Assembly: GCA_964035545.1 (NCBI GenBank)
Contig: OZ037772.1
Span: 992,001-1,056,000, forward strand
DNA from: Bugula neritina
Taxonomy: Eukaryota; Animalia; Bryozoa
Length of the DNA stretch: 64,000 nt
Direction of reading: 5' to 3'
Part shown: positions 63,588-64,000 of the stretch, piece by piece
Numbering within the stretch: position 1 is the stretch's first letter
How the letters are laid out: the number at the start of each line of letters is the position of its first letter
The notes under the pieces: model-generated
Databases searched by the model: none
Told to the model about the DNA's origin: nothing
What the model saw: only the letters and a program-made list of their open reading frames with translations
Position numbers and translations under genes: made by a program

Positions 63588-64000
63588 TATAGAATGACAC
63601 TCTTTGCTATGACTCTTGCTTTAGAGTGACACTCTAGCTTATACAGCCTGACTAGGAATAGGGAGGGTTTTAGACGTGATCAGAGTTTATTTGAGTCACC
63701 AATGTTGATCAAATACTGACCGTAAAAACTAAAATAATAATGATACAACATAAGGCATAAGGCAAACAAAATGTACGTAATATAATAAGTATGTATGTAA
63801 AAGCACTAGCAATGTATATCATAAATTGTAGATAGCAGCATGAAATAATGATTCAACATAGCATGCAACTACAGCCCATATTATTAAAAACTTTATAACA
63901 TAAAAATGTAATAACGATATATAAAATTTGTAAATAGATGTTCATTACCTCTTTTCTCTCTCTCCTAGTCTACTGTTATGTTAATGCTGTGGCTTTGCAC
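63588..64000 (-). repeat. BEL 5' LTR (partial)
   Basis: 413 bp colinear with the 3' LTR at constant offset 7204. Confidence 0.95.

Larger units (their letters stand above)
56384..64000 (-). mobile_element. BEL/Pao LTR retrotransposon, recent insertion; 5' LTR truncated by the window edge
   Basis: 3' LTR 56384-57227 with PPT AAAGGGGGGAG (57228-57238); 63588-64000 matches 56384-56796 without visible mismatch; single intact gag-pol ORF. Confidence 0.97.

Overview
AT-rich, intron-rich eukaryotic DNA, most likely from an invertebrate metazoan. The window has one apparently intact host gene: a 7-coding-exon TRIM-family E3 ligase on + (RING, two B-boxes, coiled coil, beta-propeller-like C-terminus; 11866..39653, about 619 aa by manual splicing). 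One of its introns is about 21.5 kb. That intron holds a ~20 kb decayed insert bracketed by an inverted bipartite motif, and the insert contains a degenerate R4/Dong-like LINE. Downstream lie four things. (i) A young, complete Ty3/Gypsy element (40578..48074, minus) with identical 305-bp LTRs, ATAC TSD, tRNA-Leu PBS and a -1 frameshift cassette. It carries an unusual third gene after pol that appears to be spliced and encodes a zinc-finger/coiled-coil protein. (ii) An inverted copy of the TRIM last exon. (iii) An unprocessed valyl-tRNA synthetase pseudogene (two nonsense codons, internal deletion, truncated) interleaved with minisatellites. (iv) A young BEL/Pao element with an intact 1893-aa ORF whose 5' LTR runs off the window end. 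Also present: a related solo LTR, hAT and Harbinger-like MITEs, microsatellites and a perfect 105-bp palindrome. All splice models and alignments were made by eye; no database search was run.
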